From the human T2T-CHM13v2.0 reference genome, Homo sapiens, in NCBI RefSeq assembly GCF_009914755.1, contig NC_060932.1: a DNA stretch of 64,000 bases; one strand, written 5' to 3'. The position numbers and the translations under genes are program-made. The notes under the pieces are model-generated. The model was not told the origin of the DNA. It did not search any database and saw only the letters and a program-made list of their open reading frames with translations. Below, one piece after another: positions 1 to 17,718 of the stretch. The first letter of the stretch is position 1, and each line of letters starts with the position of its first letter.

Positions 1-399
1 GTTGTGCTAATGTGGAGATGGCATTCAAGTCTAACCTTCACTTCCTCCAAGTAAAGAATTATTTGACATGGGGGTAATTGCAAGGGAAGGGGCGCAGACA
101 TATGTCTGATAACAGCTCTCTTGTAGGACAGCATAAACAACATTATTTCATTCACTATCTCACATGTTCCTCAAATACTAGGAAGAGAGGCTGATGAGGA
201 AGCGTTTTACAGGAAGGAATGTTCTATCAATATCCAGAGAAGCTGTGTCTGTGTCTGTTCTGATCCTGCCTGTGATTTTAAGGAGAAAAATTCTATGCAA
301 TCCAAGCCCTTTTTGAGAGCTATTTTGGAGGACCACGTGATGTGATCATCTTCATTAAAAACTGATTGTGCAACAGGATCATTGTTTGGCATTCTGTAT

Positions 400-545
400 G
401 TCCTAACTTAATTTCTCTAACAGCTTTATGAAATGGGAATGTCAGTCCCATGTTATGAAAAAAAAAAAAAAAAAAAAAAACTTCAAACTCAAGAGAAAAT
501 AATAAATCTAGGATTCAAACTTCTGTCTCTCTGGTGGAAACCACT
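400..545 (-). mobile_element. MIR fragment containing an expanded poly(A) (458-480)
   Basis: aacagctttatgaaatggg...cccatgttatga...aaactcaagag...ctaggattcaaac resembles the MIR core. Confidence 0.5.
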
Positions 546-1739
546 ATTCTCTATCTCGCCAAAATGCTCACCTAAAAACAGTCTTCATCTGATGTAAGCT
601 GACGCTAAAATTTGTCAGAACCAGACTTTAAAAATGACTGTGACTGCCGCTGATAGCAGCCCGGCTAAATGTCATGTGAATCTGTCCTCCTCCTGCAGCC
701 TATGCTTACACCCATGAAGAATTTCTCCTGGTGAGAGTGGTGTACACACCAGCAAGCTGAACGAGCTTACCTCATTTGCTCACTATTCCCCTTGCACAGG
801 ATTTGTTTTTTTTTGAAGCGGTGTACTCTTATCACTCCTTAATCTTGTGAGTCTCTTCATTTATTGTACTGGGGTGGGAGGAAGCCTGCATACAAGCACA
901 GACATATGGTTTTTATTTAATGAGCTAATGAAAAGAATGCATTTCAAGACATAGCACATATTACGGTGACTCAAATTGCTTATGCTATTTCATGTTTTTA
1001 TAAGTTACCATCTAATTTGTCATTACAATTCAAAGTAACTTCATTTTCCCCTGTGGAGTACTGAAAATTACTGTAACTTATAATTTTATGGTAATTATAG
1101 TGAGAACTCCCATAATTAGTGTAGCAAGTTCACCGTTCTATTTATTTTTCCAAATGAGTCACACCCCTGGTAGGGGAAACTTGCTGTGTAGGTTTAAAGC
1201 TCCAGGTGCTATCTATAGGTGCATGGTATCTCATCATCATAACCTTTCTTCCTATTTCCCCTCTGAAATATTCTCCCCGACCAACTTGAGGAAAGATCTA
1301 AGTTTAAAATAGAATAATACTGAAAATTTAGTCTGCTTAGAACATATGCCATATTTACATGGAACGAAAAGAAGCTTACGGCACCCAAGGCCCTTGCATT
1401 TATTTGTTCTCAAGTTTTTGTGTGTAATATATACTTACTCAATAAACTGCTTCCATTCAGAGCACAAGAATTATCCGGTCGTCTACCTTCCATCCAAATG
1501 TGTGGCTGTAGTATCCACCAAAGCTCCTCAGTCATGAAATAGGACCTCTATCCTCCCGCTTACAGTTTTAATAACAGCTGTGGATTGGACTTTATTAGTG
1601 CTTCTAGTCCTCTCCAGCCCCGTGTTGATGCCTTGGTTCAGGTGCTCATTATTTCTGCTTTATTCAAAGTCTCCTTGAAAACAGGAGGACCTGCAGAGAT
1701 AATCACTTCATTCTTCGTGCCCCAGACATACCTGTACAT

Positions 1740-2220
1740 AGCTTTAGAATAACAACACCTGAGAACACGTTGGCAACAATATAGAGCAACAGGGACTTTC
1801 CTACTCTGCGAGTGTGGACCTGAATTATGACTGGCATTTTGGAGAGAAGTTTGGCAAAACTGAGAAAAAAGGAAGATGATTATATCCCACAGCCAGGATA
1901 GTCAAGGTTTTAGTTATATTATTAGGAGTAATACTCAGAAATAAAAAAGTGAATTGCACAAGAAAAGATGCATACAAAAGTTTGTTGCAATGTTGTTTAT
2001 AATATCAAAAAAATAAAAATAAAAAACAATCCAGGGTCCTTCAACAGGAGAATGCATAAATAAATTGGCATTTTATACAAAGTAATTGTGAACACATGCT
2101 ACAAGATGTAAATTATAAATTACTGTGTCAATGTTGGTAATCTCAGACACAAAGTATGGAACAAGGAAAAGTGAGCTGCAGAGAATAATAAAATTCAAAT
2201 ACTTCTAAAATAAGTAATAT
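1740..2220 (+). mobile_element. Old L1 (L1ME-type) 3' fragments
   Basis: Degenerate L1 3' motifs (ttttggagagaagtttggcaa; ccttcaacaggagaatgcataaataaattgg). Confidence 0.5.
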
Positions 2221-2407
2221 TTTGAATAAAGTATCCCAAACATTTACTGAGCAGTTACTATGTTCCTGGCATTGTTTCAAGTACTTTGCTCTTGGAAAGG
2301 AAAAATGTGAAATTCGTGAGGATATTTGCTTATGGTGAGGGAGTTTATGGTGAAGAGGCTAGGAAAATGGTTTTGGGAAGGGGCCTTAGCTTTACTTGTA
2401 GTGCTTA

Positions 2408-2776
<369 letters not shown>

Positions 2777-3259
2777 TTATCATACTCTTCTTATGTAATA
2801 TCTTTGCAGTCTCAGAATTCACACTTCTGCCACTGCTTTATGAGGAAACTTTTGAAGATTAGCCTTTTTTGGATGTTAAAAGGTGCTTCTCCCTGAGTAA
2901 AAATAACACTCACAATGAGATGCACAAATCCAAATAATCTTGAGCACAAATAAGCAGGAATTAAGAAACAAAAACAATGCGGCATTCTCATGTTTACGTG
3001 TAGTTAAACTGATTGTAAAAGCAAAAACACATAGGCAAGTAAATAAACTTGCCTGTTGGTGAATTCCTAGACCATTAATTATACATAAACAGCAAATTAA
3101 ACTTTCAATCATTTTTCATAAAAAATAAGTTTCTCAACTTTTTAAATTCCTTTAAAAAATAAAATATCTAAACACCTCTTCTAACTGTAAGTGCCTTTTG
3201 AAATATAAAACAATAACATCTAATTGGGGTTTTATAATACATGTTAAATCAAAATACAG

Positions 3260-4160
3260 AATGATGTACTTCAGCTTCCATGAACAATCGCTGTTATGAA
3301 AATTACTTTCCTATGGTAAACAACTAGACAACTATACAGAATATTCAAAGTGGCTATTTTTATAAATAAGGCAACAGGCAAAACAGGGATGTGATTCTTC
3401 AGATAAGAGGAATCAATGAGAAAAGTCCTATGTCAGCCCCAGTTTAATATTAAGAAACAATTTCTAAACCAGAGTACATGAAAAACAAACCAAACTCAGT
3501 ATGGACCATTAATTTCACAGCGTTGATGGGACATAGATTAGAGTTCACTGAGGCTGAGGTGGTTCGATTTTATGAGGCAGAACACCAGATGGGAGGCACC
3601 TGGACACAGAGAGAACATTAAAGGTCTGCAAAAGGGTCTTTTGAAATTTTTATTTGAATACCAAATTCCACAGGTTTGAGGAGAAGTTCAATGATACTAG
3701 GAAAAGAACCCTGAAAAGAAGTGTGCTGAATAATTCTCAAGTCCCACGGAAAAATGAAAACAGTTTACATTGCTACCAGACAAAATGTAGGTATTAAAAT
3801 ACACAAAGCATTTGGTACAGCCCTCCCAAGGATAATAGTGGGCAGCAGTAGCTCAAGGATGAAGGATTCTCTAGTGTGGAACTCATGAAGCTTAAAAGCA
3901 AGCACTAAATGAGTCAAAGTGATTCTCAGTGACTTAGTGGAATATCAGAACACAGTTTATTTAACTTTATTAAACAATAGAACAAAACTCAACACCCAGC
4001 GATGGAATATCACAATGTCTGTCATTCAGTCAGCTATTACCAGGCATGCAACAATGCAGAAATATATAATCCATAACCAGGAGACAAATCTGAAATAAAA
4101 ATAGACACAGAAGTGAAGAAATCGGTAGACATGGTGATTTATAAAATTATTACAAATGTG
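3260..4160 (+). mobile_element. Old L1M 5'/ORF1-proximal region
   Basis: Motifs such as cacaatgtctgtcattcagtcagctattaccaggcatgcaacaatgcagaaatatataatccataaccaggag are typical of L1M 5' regions. Confidence 0.55.
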
Positions 4161-4499
4161 TTCCACCAGGCAAAGTTTCTTAGCTTTGAGTTCTATGAAA
4201 ATCGAATCTGATCCTAGGGTGGAAGTATTTCACCTTGGTAATCAGCAATTCTAATCCAGGAATACCTAAATTTGTAGGTTTGGGAAAGTCAAGTTGTGGG
4301 AGAGGGTCACTAGATGTGGCAGCCACATGGCAGGCTAGTTGGATCTCACTGCCAGAAAGAAACTAGCGTTTAGTTGCAAGCATCTAGTTCTGGATGAATT
4401 GCAGGTCTAAGACCTATGGGTTGTGACTTTATACTCTTTTCTGTCCGTTTTTAGACACAAAATACAGGGTGGATTTTAGAACCTGGTACTTCTATGATC

Positions 4500-5230
4500 A
4501 TGAATAAAGCCTGTATCAGAATTCACGTATACGTGTTACTGTGAGAATAATTTTTAACCTTATTTGGATAAATAGCTATGAGTGCTATCATTGGGTCATA
4601 TGGTAAATACATTTCTAATTTTATAAGACACTGCTAAGCTATATTCTAAATTGAGTGAACCATTTTTTATTCTTGCAACAAGGTATGAGAATTCCAGTTG
4701 ATATATATACTTTACCTGGTATTTTACTTTTAAAGCCGTTTTGATATATGTATAGTGATATCTTACTGTATCTTAAATTTCAACTTCCCCTATGATTAAT
4801 CTTATTGAATATCTTATCATATAATCTTTTAGTGTCTGTGTATCTGTTTTGATGCAGTCTTTTAATATTTTTATTGTATTAATTTGTTTTTGCATAATTA
4901 ATTGCATTATGACAGATTTTTTATACTATGCAGAGAAGACCTTTGTTTATGTTTCTTTAGCAAACATATTCTTCTAGTCTGTGCTTTCTCTTCTAACATT
5001 TTAAATACTGTCTTTCAAAGAGTAGGTTTGTCCTTTTGATGACATCACACACACACACACACACGCACACACACACAATTTCATTTAAAAAAATCTTTGC
5101 CTAACCTAAAGTCACAAAGATTTTTTTCAACCTTTTCTTTTAGAAATTTTTATATTTAGGTCTTCGACAATTTTGGTTAAACTGTTTACATGGTACAAAA
5201 TAGGAATGAGAATTTATTTGTTTGGATTCT
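4500..5230 (-). mobile_element. Old L1M 3' ORF2 fragment, antisense
   Basis: ttgggtcatatggtaaat...gtatgagaattccagttg...aaatctttgcctaacctaaagtcacaaagat. Confidence 0.7.
5046..5077. repeat. (CA)n microsatellite
   Basis: Direct observation. Confidence 0.95.
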
Positions 5231-6705
5231 TATAAAAATCCTATGGGTCAAATAAGAAATCACAAAGACAACTAGAAGTACTTTGATTTGAATGAAAATA
5301 AAAGCACAACATATTAGATTTACAGAACACAGTTAAAGCACTTCTTAGAGGGAAACGTGTTTCATTCCATGTGCATTAGAAAAGATTTTTAAATTAATGA
5401 CAACTTTCAATCTTAAATAACAAGAAAAAAGGGACAAATTGAACACAGAGCAAGTCCAATGATGGAATTAATGAAGATAAGAGGAATGATCAGTGGGACG
5501 TAAAATGAAAAAACAATAGGAAAAGAAGTTTTTTTTAAAAGCTGGTTCTTTAAAAATCAATAGCATTAATAAACCAACAGCCTGACTGACAAAGAACAGA
5601 GAGAAGACACAAATTATAAACATCATGAAGAAAAGAGAGCTTATCACTCCCAACTCGACAGACAGTAAAAATACAATGTAGGGATAGTACTATTAACTCT
5701 ATGCCCCCAGATTTGAAATCTGTATGCAATAGATACATTTATTGAAACATCCAAACTACTAAAGCTGAATCAAAAGGAAATAGATAGTCTGAATAGTCTT
5801 AAATGTATTAAATAAATGAAATCTTTTTTAAAAGCTTGCCACAAAGAAAACACCAGGCACAGATGGTTTCCCTGGTGAATTCTGTAACTGTTTACTGAAG
5901 AAATAACATCAACTCTACACAAGTTACTCCGAAAATATTGAAGAAGAAATACTCCCCAATTCATTTTATGAGAACATTATTGCTTTAATAGCAAAATCAT
6001 TAAAATGCATTTGAAGAAAAGAAAACCATTGACCCATAACATTCGATCGTATTCATGGAAATCACCAACAAAGTAATAAAATATTGAAATCCACAACTAA
6101 TAAAAATGTTGACAGATTATGATCAAAGGGGGTTATCTGAGGGAAAATGTAATAGTTCATAATTTAAAAACTAATATAACTATGTAAATAGAACAAATAT
6201 GAACACAATATGATAATTTGAATAGATGCTTAATATCATCATATTTCAAACAAAATTATTGACAAGAATGTAATCTCAGCAAAATAGGTGTAATAAGATA
6301 AAGCATATCTAAAAATCTTATAGGCAACAGTGATGAAATATTGACTACTGGGGAAAAGACAAATATGTCTGCTCTCACTGCTTCTACTTGATATTGTACT
6401 GGAGTTGATAGCCAGGGAATCATGCATTAAATGAAATTAAATGAATGCAGTTTGGAAATAAAGAAATAAAACTAGAGTCACGAACAACATAATTGTTTAT
6501 GTAAACCATACTAAATCTACACTATAAATACTAGGAGCTATGAGTAAGTTTATCAAAGTTGTGAAAGGTCAGTACATAAAATTAATTCTATTTCTGTTTA
6601 TTTGCAGGCAAAAAATTAAAACGAAATAAACATTCAAATTGAAACATTAAAAAATCAATTTAAAAGAGTGCTATAAATCATAAAATATTTAGGAGAGTTT
6701 TTTTT

Positions 6706-8527
<1,822 letters not shown>

Positions 8528-9049
8528 TTAAAAATATGTAAGACCTAAGCCTTCTAAACTACAGACATTGCTGAGAAAAATTTTAAAAGTCTTAAATACT
8601 TGGAGATATAAACCATTTCATTTATTAGAAAGATCAAATTTCATAAACGTTAGTTTTCTCTATATTTATTTATACATTCAATGTAATTGCAAAGACAATC
8701 TAAGCAGGACCTCTTCTAGAAATTGACAAATCAGTTTGTAAATTTAGACAATATAAAATTGCCAAAACAATTTTGCAAAAAGAATATGTTTCGAGACTTA
8801 CAGTTATACTTCACACTGTCTCAAGATTAGTATAATGACATAACAATGAAAATAATGTAGTGTTGGTATAAGGCCAAGTACGTAGGTCAATAGAGGAGTG
8901 AAGATAATTTAGCAACCGTTTCACACAAAGATGACACCTAAGCAATTCAATGGGGAAAGTAAAGTCTTTGACCACTATCAAACTCTATACTAGAAAATAA
9001 TTCATATAATTTAAAATGTATCTTTGACTTACCTAAAAAAGCTAGAACT

Positions 9050-9323
9050 GGCCGGTCACGGTGGCTCACGCTTGTAATCCCAGCACTTTGGGAGGCCGAG
9101 GTGGGAGGATCACCTGAGATCATGAGCTCAAGGCTAGCCTGGCCAATATGTTGAAACCCCGTCTCTACTAAAAATACAAAAATTAGCTGGGCGTGGTGGC
9201 ACGTGCCTATAATCCCAGCTACTTGAGGGCCTGAGACAACAGAATCGCTTGAACCCGGGAGGCGGAAGTCACAGTGAGCCGAGATCACGCCACTGCCCTC
9301 CAACCTGGATAACAGAGTGAGAC
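9050..9323 (+). mobile_element. AluS lacking its poly(A) tail
   Basis: Full dimer ending at gagtgagac, followed directly by agaactg. Confidence 0.93.
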
Positions 9324-9339
9324 AGAACTGTGAGTGCTT

Positions 9340-9540
9340 CCAAAGGCTGGCAAAGGCAGGGACGATGATTCTCCCTTAGGAAAGGAGTGCAGAAAGGAGT
9401 ACAACCTACCCATATTTTAATCTTATAGCAATGCTATTGTGCTGGACTTCTGAGCTACAGAATTGCAAGATAATAAATTTGTATTGGTTTTAGAATAAGT
9501 TTATGGTAATTTGTTACAGCAGCAATATAAACCTAATACA
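9340..9540 (+). mobile_element. MLT1 (MaLR) LTR 3' part
   Basis: tggacttctgagctacagaattgcaagataataaatttg...ggtaatttgttacagcagcaat...ctaataca. Confidence 0.8.
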
Positions 9541-9781
9541 ACAGTTATAAGATAAAAGCAAGCTAAATATCCATCAAATTAAGGTTGTATAAAGCACATT
9601 GTGGGATAGTCACATGAGAAAATACAGCTCACCAATAAAACAAGCAAACAAGCACAATACTGATACATAGAGGTGCATGGATAAATCTCAAATAATATTA
9701 TTTTGAAAAAATCATGTTAGATGCAAAAGGAGAACATTTATATAAAATTCAGGACAACTCTTGGTTAAAGAGATCAGAAGA

Positions 9782-10138
<357 letters not shown>

Positions 10139-10829
10139 TTAATGCACTGAGAATTTTCTCCAAGAGAGCATAAAGAAATTTTCATAATTGATATGAATGT
10201 TCTATATCTTAACAAGGTGATGGTTACATGGACATACAAATTTACCAAACTTTAAGTTTACGACTAATATCTGTGCATTTCACTGTATATTAATTAAAAA
10301 AAGACAAAGAAGCACATACAGGAAAAATCATGTGAATTACTGTTCACTTCCTGTCAGAAACTGGAGGCAGCATATTTAAATTGATGAAAAAACAAAGAGA
10401 ATGTCAACTTAGATTTATATACTCAGCAAAAATATCCTTAAATAGTGAAGATAAAATATTTTTTAAAAAACTTTGCCCAGCAATGGTAGAGTTACAGAAT
10501 CCATCTCAGCAGAGAGTTGTGCCACTAGAAAGGCTAAAAAAAAAACCTTAGGCTGAAGAGAAATGGAAACAGGAAAACAGACGGAAAATCAAAACTTCTA
10601 GAAGGAATGAGAAGCACCAGAAATAAAAAAATAAAGAAGAAAATCATTTAGTGAAAAATATACATGAAATATTAATTAGAAACAGGACACTTGATAGTCT
10701 CTACTCTCAACTTTTTGGGATGAGATTATAAAGAACATTCACTGACTTTTAAAAAATGAGTTGATTTATATATAATATATAATGTGTGATTATACATGTA
10801 CAATTTTTTCAATCAGAAAAGATATAAAG

Positions 10830-11520
10830 TTCACAAAGATCAGGGCTTATGTCAAGGACACAGGAGACAACTGAAACAGTCCCCAATTCTAAAGTTGGAA
10901 TATTTGACCAACAAATAAATAGAATCATACTGGATTACAATTTAAGTTATAAAATAAATACCTATGAATCTATAATGCTATAAATAAGTAGTTAAATAAA
11001 TAAATGGTGGACAATTGACAAATTCCCCATGTAAAAGAACTACAAATGGTTGATAATCTGCCCCGATGTTGTTGCATCCCAAATCCCCACTCCTTATATG
11101 TGCACTGTGCAACTTCCTTCCGGAGACTGCAGCACAGAAAGAGGAAAAGAGCGATAATTTTATACCAAGCAAAGCTGACAGGCACTAACTCAGACAAGTG
11201 GTCAAAGAAAACATCAAAAATTTAAGGCTATATAAAAATGATGGCATGTACCCTTGATATGATATGATGGGAATTGCAATTTATCCTTGTAGTATTCCTG
11301 CCAGAGACTCTCAGTCCTAGCATAGCTATGAGAAAAGCAAATAATCTCAAGAGAGGCACATTCCACAAAACAGCTGGCCACTGTTCTTCCAACGGCAAAG
11401 GTCAGTAAAATCAAGGAATGTCTGAGAAACTTTGAAGGCCAAAGGAAGCCTGGAAATGCCTTGCCACTAAACGTGAGGTGGCATCCTGCATGGGATCCTG
11501 AAACAGAAAAATCTCGTAAG
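10830..11520 (+). mobile_element. L1MC-type 3' region
   Basis: ccccactccttatatgtgcactg...ggcatgtacccttgatatgatatgatggg...ggcatcctgcatgggatcctgaaacagaaaa. Confidence 0.7.
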
Positions 11521-12187
11521 AATTACCCTAAATTTTCTCATTTCTCTTATGTGTTAATACAGTATTTTGTAAATATTTAAGAAACCATATTTTTGGCCAC
11601 TATTTCCTCTTTTGTTTATATTCATATCTTCCACTGAGACATTTTTACACAATAAAACATATCTAATAGATTTTCTCTATTAGGATTCTTTCCAATGTTT
11701 TACCAAATTTCAATAGTAGAAAACCATGGGTCCTTGCATTTCCATTCCTTTACAGTGCAGGTTATAAATATATTCCACTAAAATTAGAAGTTTCATCAAA
11801 GAAATCAAAATATCCCATAGACTAATTACAGAATACTAAGAGTAAATATTCTAGGTAGCTTGGGCCTCCATGCTGTTTGCTAGATTTGTTTTATAAATAA
11901 ATCCAACTTTTAAAAACCATCAGAAGCTGAAGTTTAGTACTTCATTTGTTTAAATATTTTGCAACTGATTTTTAATGAACTTCAACCAAAATTTGGAGAA
12001 CTTAGTTACCAAAATTTTCAATATTGATCTAGGATACAGAAGCTGATTCGTAAAGTAGATGTTGAAGGCACAGGGTTTTTAAAACATAATTGATCATGAG
12101 CAGCAAAGAGGAAATATATAGTAGTAAGCTGATTTTGTATTCAGCATCACCATCATCACATAGACCTCCTTGGTGTAATTACTCTGA

Positions 12188-12266
12188 ATACATATATATA
12201 TACACACACAGACACATATACATACATATACACATATACATACATACATATATACGTATACATATA
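12188..12266. repeat. Compound (TA)/(CA)/(TACA) microsatellite
   Basis: Direct observation. Confidence 0.9.
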
Positions 12267-12379
12267 TCATCATCTCACTGTGTAAGTAAACTACTGATTT
12301 TAGGATGCATCCCATTCCAAAATCTGAACATTCTCAACTCCTGCCACGGATGCCATGGGTGCATGAGTGTATACAGTAA

Positions 12380-12530
12380 AAGTTGGTCCTCCCTATATGT
12401 GGGTATTACATTCCACAAATACTGTATTCCCTGTCTGTTTGGTTAAAAAAATATTTAAAAAAATGAAAAAAAAACCCTGCATATAAGTGGACCCATGCTA
12501 TTCAAATCAGTGTTGTTCAAGGGTCAACTG
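12380..12530 (+). mobile_element. Tigger2-family MITE (MER8-like)
   Basis: atataagtggacccatgctattcaaatcagtgttgttcaagggtcaactg terminus. Confidence 0.8.
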
Positions 12531-13117
12531 GGTATTTGTGGAGTTTGAAATCTATATTTCTTTCTGTTGGATTCTGGATGCGTTTTGGAAGACATTATGA
12601 ACAATTTCAACCACAACTCATTTCAAATATATTTATGTTACACAACCTCCTTAATTTAGTAAGACTACTTTTCTACAATGACGTTTTTCTGTAGAGAATG
12701 TCTTGTATGTTTTTGATGTTTCATAAACAGCCAATTTTCTTCTTTGACATTAAACTTCAGGATTTACAGTAGCATTTTCAATAATCTTGGCTTTCACCTT
12801 TAGCAAAATAAATTTTGAAGAGCTTTACCTGTTTTTCTGTAAATGAACTGCTATTGGAATTTGCCTGATTTTTTTTTACTTGATGAACAGTGCTATTAAA
12901 GTGGAAACTTTTTTAAGGTTTGCAAAGTTCAGCCACAACACATTAGCAATGATTCCCTGACTTTTTATACCTGCACTTCCGTACTTCAACACAAACTTTT
13001 AATTGCAAATGAGATGAACTAATTTATCTAAGTGAAAAACAATGATTCAGAGTGACAACACATAAGCCATCACTTTGGGGACAGACTTTTAAAAATATCT
13101 ACAAACTTTTGAGGTAG

Positions 13118-13592
<475 letters not shown>

Positions 13593-14569
13593 TAAAATAA
13601 TTATTTTTATTTGAAATACATTCAATTTGTTATTTGTTGTTTTCTCATTGATGGTGAAAGAGTGTATTGAAAACATGAGCAGCCAAGCAGATAAGAAGGG
13701 GTCAGCGGAGAGTGGCTGGTGTGGGAACAGGCAAGAGATGAGGATAAATGGATGAGTCCCTCTGCATTCTGAAGGCCAGGTGATAGTAACTAAACAAAAC
13801 AGGTTTTTTTTCGGGGGGTGGGAAGCCAAAATTGGTTAATGAAAAAGTAAATACCTTTAAAGGACGAACTGCAGATGAAGACATTAAATGAGAATCAAAG
13901 CATAGCCCCTGCTTCATCAGATTCCCCACTCCCATAAGGCGTTGCACAAGAAATCTCCAAAACACCTCAGTGAATAGAAAACCCTCTGCTTCACAAAGTT
14001 TATTTGCTCATAATGACAAAAATGAAAGTCACCAACTGATTTTGTAAGTTTAATATAGATTTGATTACGGAGCTAGATAAGGAACAAAAGAACTCATAGC
14101 ACAGCCCTGAAAATCCCACGCATATTTTTACACCAAACCCATTGGTGCATTAACAAATAATAAACTATTACAATCAACATAAGTATATATCAGAAATTCA
14201 AGAATTTTAAAACTTCAGGTAAATCCAACAACTTAATTCATCCCTTCTATTGACTACATATTTAAAAAATCACATAATGATGGGAGTAGATGCAGACATT
14301 TTAAAAATAAAATTTAATATACAGTTTCAGAAAAGAAAACAAAGATAGAAACTGCCTTAGGTGAGAAAAAAGCACTTACAGAAACCTTACAGCAAACCTC
14401 ACTTACAAAACTTGATACAATCTGATTGTGGGTACTATAATAATTTTGAAAAAAGCACATGCTGTTACTATAGCCATTAAACATAACAGTGAAGGGCTTG
14501 CCTGGAGAATAAAACAAGAAAAAGATGCAATAAAAGGAGTTTAAAAACAAGTAGACATCTCAGACACTT

Positions 14570-15110
14570 AGTATGTGCCATTTCATGTCCTCTCAGCCTT
14601 GTATGCCTCATGTTCCAGCCACTACTGCAGGCACCTATTGTGTGAACCTTCATTAAACCTACTCAGGTGTAACCTGAGGACGCCCCATCTGTGTCTGGGC
14701 TCCATTCTGTTGGATGCCCCAGGGCTCCCTATTGGTGCCCAAGCACAGGACATGATGGTCCCTGCTCGGCACTGTGGGTGTGATATTCATAAATGTGGGT
14801 TATTTAACCTCCCATGTGGCAAGCCGTTCACTAATGAACTATGGGAGTCAGAAAATAAAATCCACTCTTTCTTTCTCCAGACAGACTCCTCAGTGATGCC
14901 TTTTATTCCTCTTTGGAGGATGTTGCGTCAGACAAGCACACAGTTGCACTTAGCAGCAGCCAGCTTGAACCTAACTTCGTTCATTCTCCATTTATTTCCT
15001 TCACGTTATCCTTCTTATTGACCTTAATCTCTGACATTACATTACCTTGTGAAGGAATAGCACATAAGCCCTTGCATTAGATTTTTTCTGAGAACTCAAT
15101 GCTAAGAGAC
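14570..15110 (+). mobile_element. LTR16-family ERVL LTR, followed by probable ERVL internal sequence to about 15800
   Basis: atgtggcaagccgttcactaatgaactatgggagtcag...cacataagcccttgcattagattttttctgagaactcaatgctaagaga; a second LTR16-like 3' end lies at about 16860-17030. Confidence 0.6.
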
Positions 15111-15882
15111 GTGTTAGGATTCGCCCCAGAATGCAAACATCACATTGAGATTTTTAGCTAGATTATTTAACTGTGTCAAGGTTACATACAACTCAAAACC
15201 TGGTCTTGGTTCCTTAGTTCCACAGTGATTGCTGCTGGCATTCAGTGTCATTTCAATGACAAAGGCTTTTTTCTGTGTTTAATCTTGATGAGAAATGGGC
15301 ACAGGGTGAATCATTAGCATATACGGTAGCCCTGGCACCTGAACAGCATCGGGAGCAATGAAAATAACTAGGATTGTGCAGTGAGTTGGCTTATAGTAAC
15401 TACACTTGGAATCCTAGATAAAAGAGAACGATGCATTCTGGGCAGCCAACTTCCAACTCATCCAAGGGGCTTTTCATGACTGCTTTGAAAGAAAGTCAAC
15501 TCCTGCAGCTGCCCAGGGCAAAGTCGACTATATAAACTTCATGCCCAGGGTCTGTCAGCGTGGTGGCCAGACTGCAAAGACTGGCTGCATAATACCACAA
15601 TTTTCCAAAGTCAAAATCAGAGCCCTGATGTGGAGAGATTGAAGTCCTGACTCCCAGGATGGGGATACCTGGGGGTCTTAAATACTGAGATTCTGCTGAA
15701 ACCTTAGTAGAAGGATTCTCTTTGATTTTGCTAGAGAAAAATATTCTCATTTTGCCTAGAGCAAAGAATGACTTAACCAGATGTAAGGTTATGCCACAAA
15801 GACTTCCTTGGTGCTCAAACAGGCAAAATGTGTAAGTTCAGGGAAGTTAATGCACCTTTGTGTAAGCTCTGGTCAATGGGAA

Positions 15883-16741
<859 letters not shown>

Positions 16742-17718
16742 GAATGAGAGCCAATGAATTATTTGTTTTTCCCTTTCCTCCTCTGGATTTATTCCCTAAA
16801 ATGCAACTTAAATAACGTCTTGAAGAAAAAAAAAAAAATCACAGGATCAGCAATCAGTTATACTTCGTGGCAGCCAGGTATGTCCAAGAGTGCCACATTG
16901 GCTCTCCATCCTTCTCTGTCTCACTCTCGCTGGCCCTTAATTCTCTTCCTGGAATTGCACTCCCTAATAAATTATTAGCCCCTAAACTATTACCTTAGCT
17001 GCTGCTTTCTGGAAATCCCAGGCCAAAACAGAAGGGAATCAACAATTAGCATTATTAAAGACAATCATTAGATACACTTTTAAAACAAATTATAGAGTTC
17101 AGCAATTTTTTCAAGTACAAGATGATCACCAATAATTATTTAGAAAAACATTCTGAAAGGAAGATATCATTAACAGTAATAGTAATAGTAGTAAATCTGC
17201 CAAATTAGTGCAGGAAAATGAAATATGGCTGATTATACAGAATAATCACAAACACAAAGGAAGCTTGTATAGAAATGGCCCAAGAAGGAGTGAAAATGGA
17301 GAATGATTTAATGGATAGTGTTAGGGAAAATGCATCATAATGTGAAAAAGAGTAAAATGGAATTTCTACGGAAAAAAAAATGTTAAAATAGTTGGACAAT
17401 AGTTTGTGTTTCAGCATTAAGAATATGACCCTTACACGGTATAAACCTCGAAATATCAACACGTAAGAGTTCAGTAGGTTGGCTGTGAACCGATGAGAGA
17501 TTCACAGACATTCCTTAACCTGCTGTACCACGCAGTCAGGTGCTCTATTGCATAACTGATGGAAAGGGAGCTGGTTATTCAGCTGAATTCAGTCGCTAGA
17601 TAGACGTTAAAGCTGACAGAACCTGGATTCCATGGCGTTTCTACGCTGAAATGTCCTAGAAATCACATTAGCTTCCTGCCAACCTCCCCACTGGTATTCA
17701 CGAGGGTAAGGGGACTGA

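Noticed and set aside
4307-4323. CTCF-like tcactagatgtggcag
   Set aside because: Two extra bases break the core spacing
14575-15021. 148-aa ORF
   Set aside because: Lies within an LTR16-like element, has a non-ATG start and no recognisable domain
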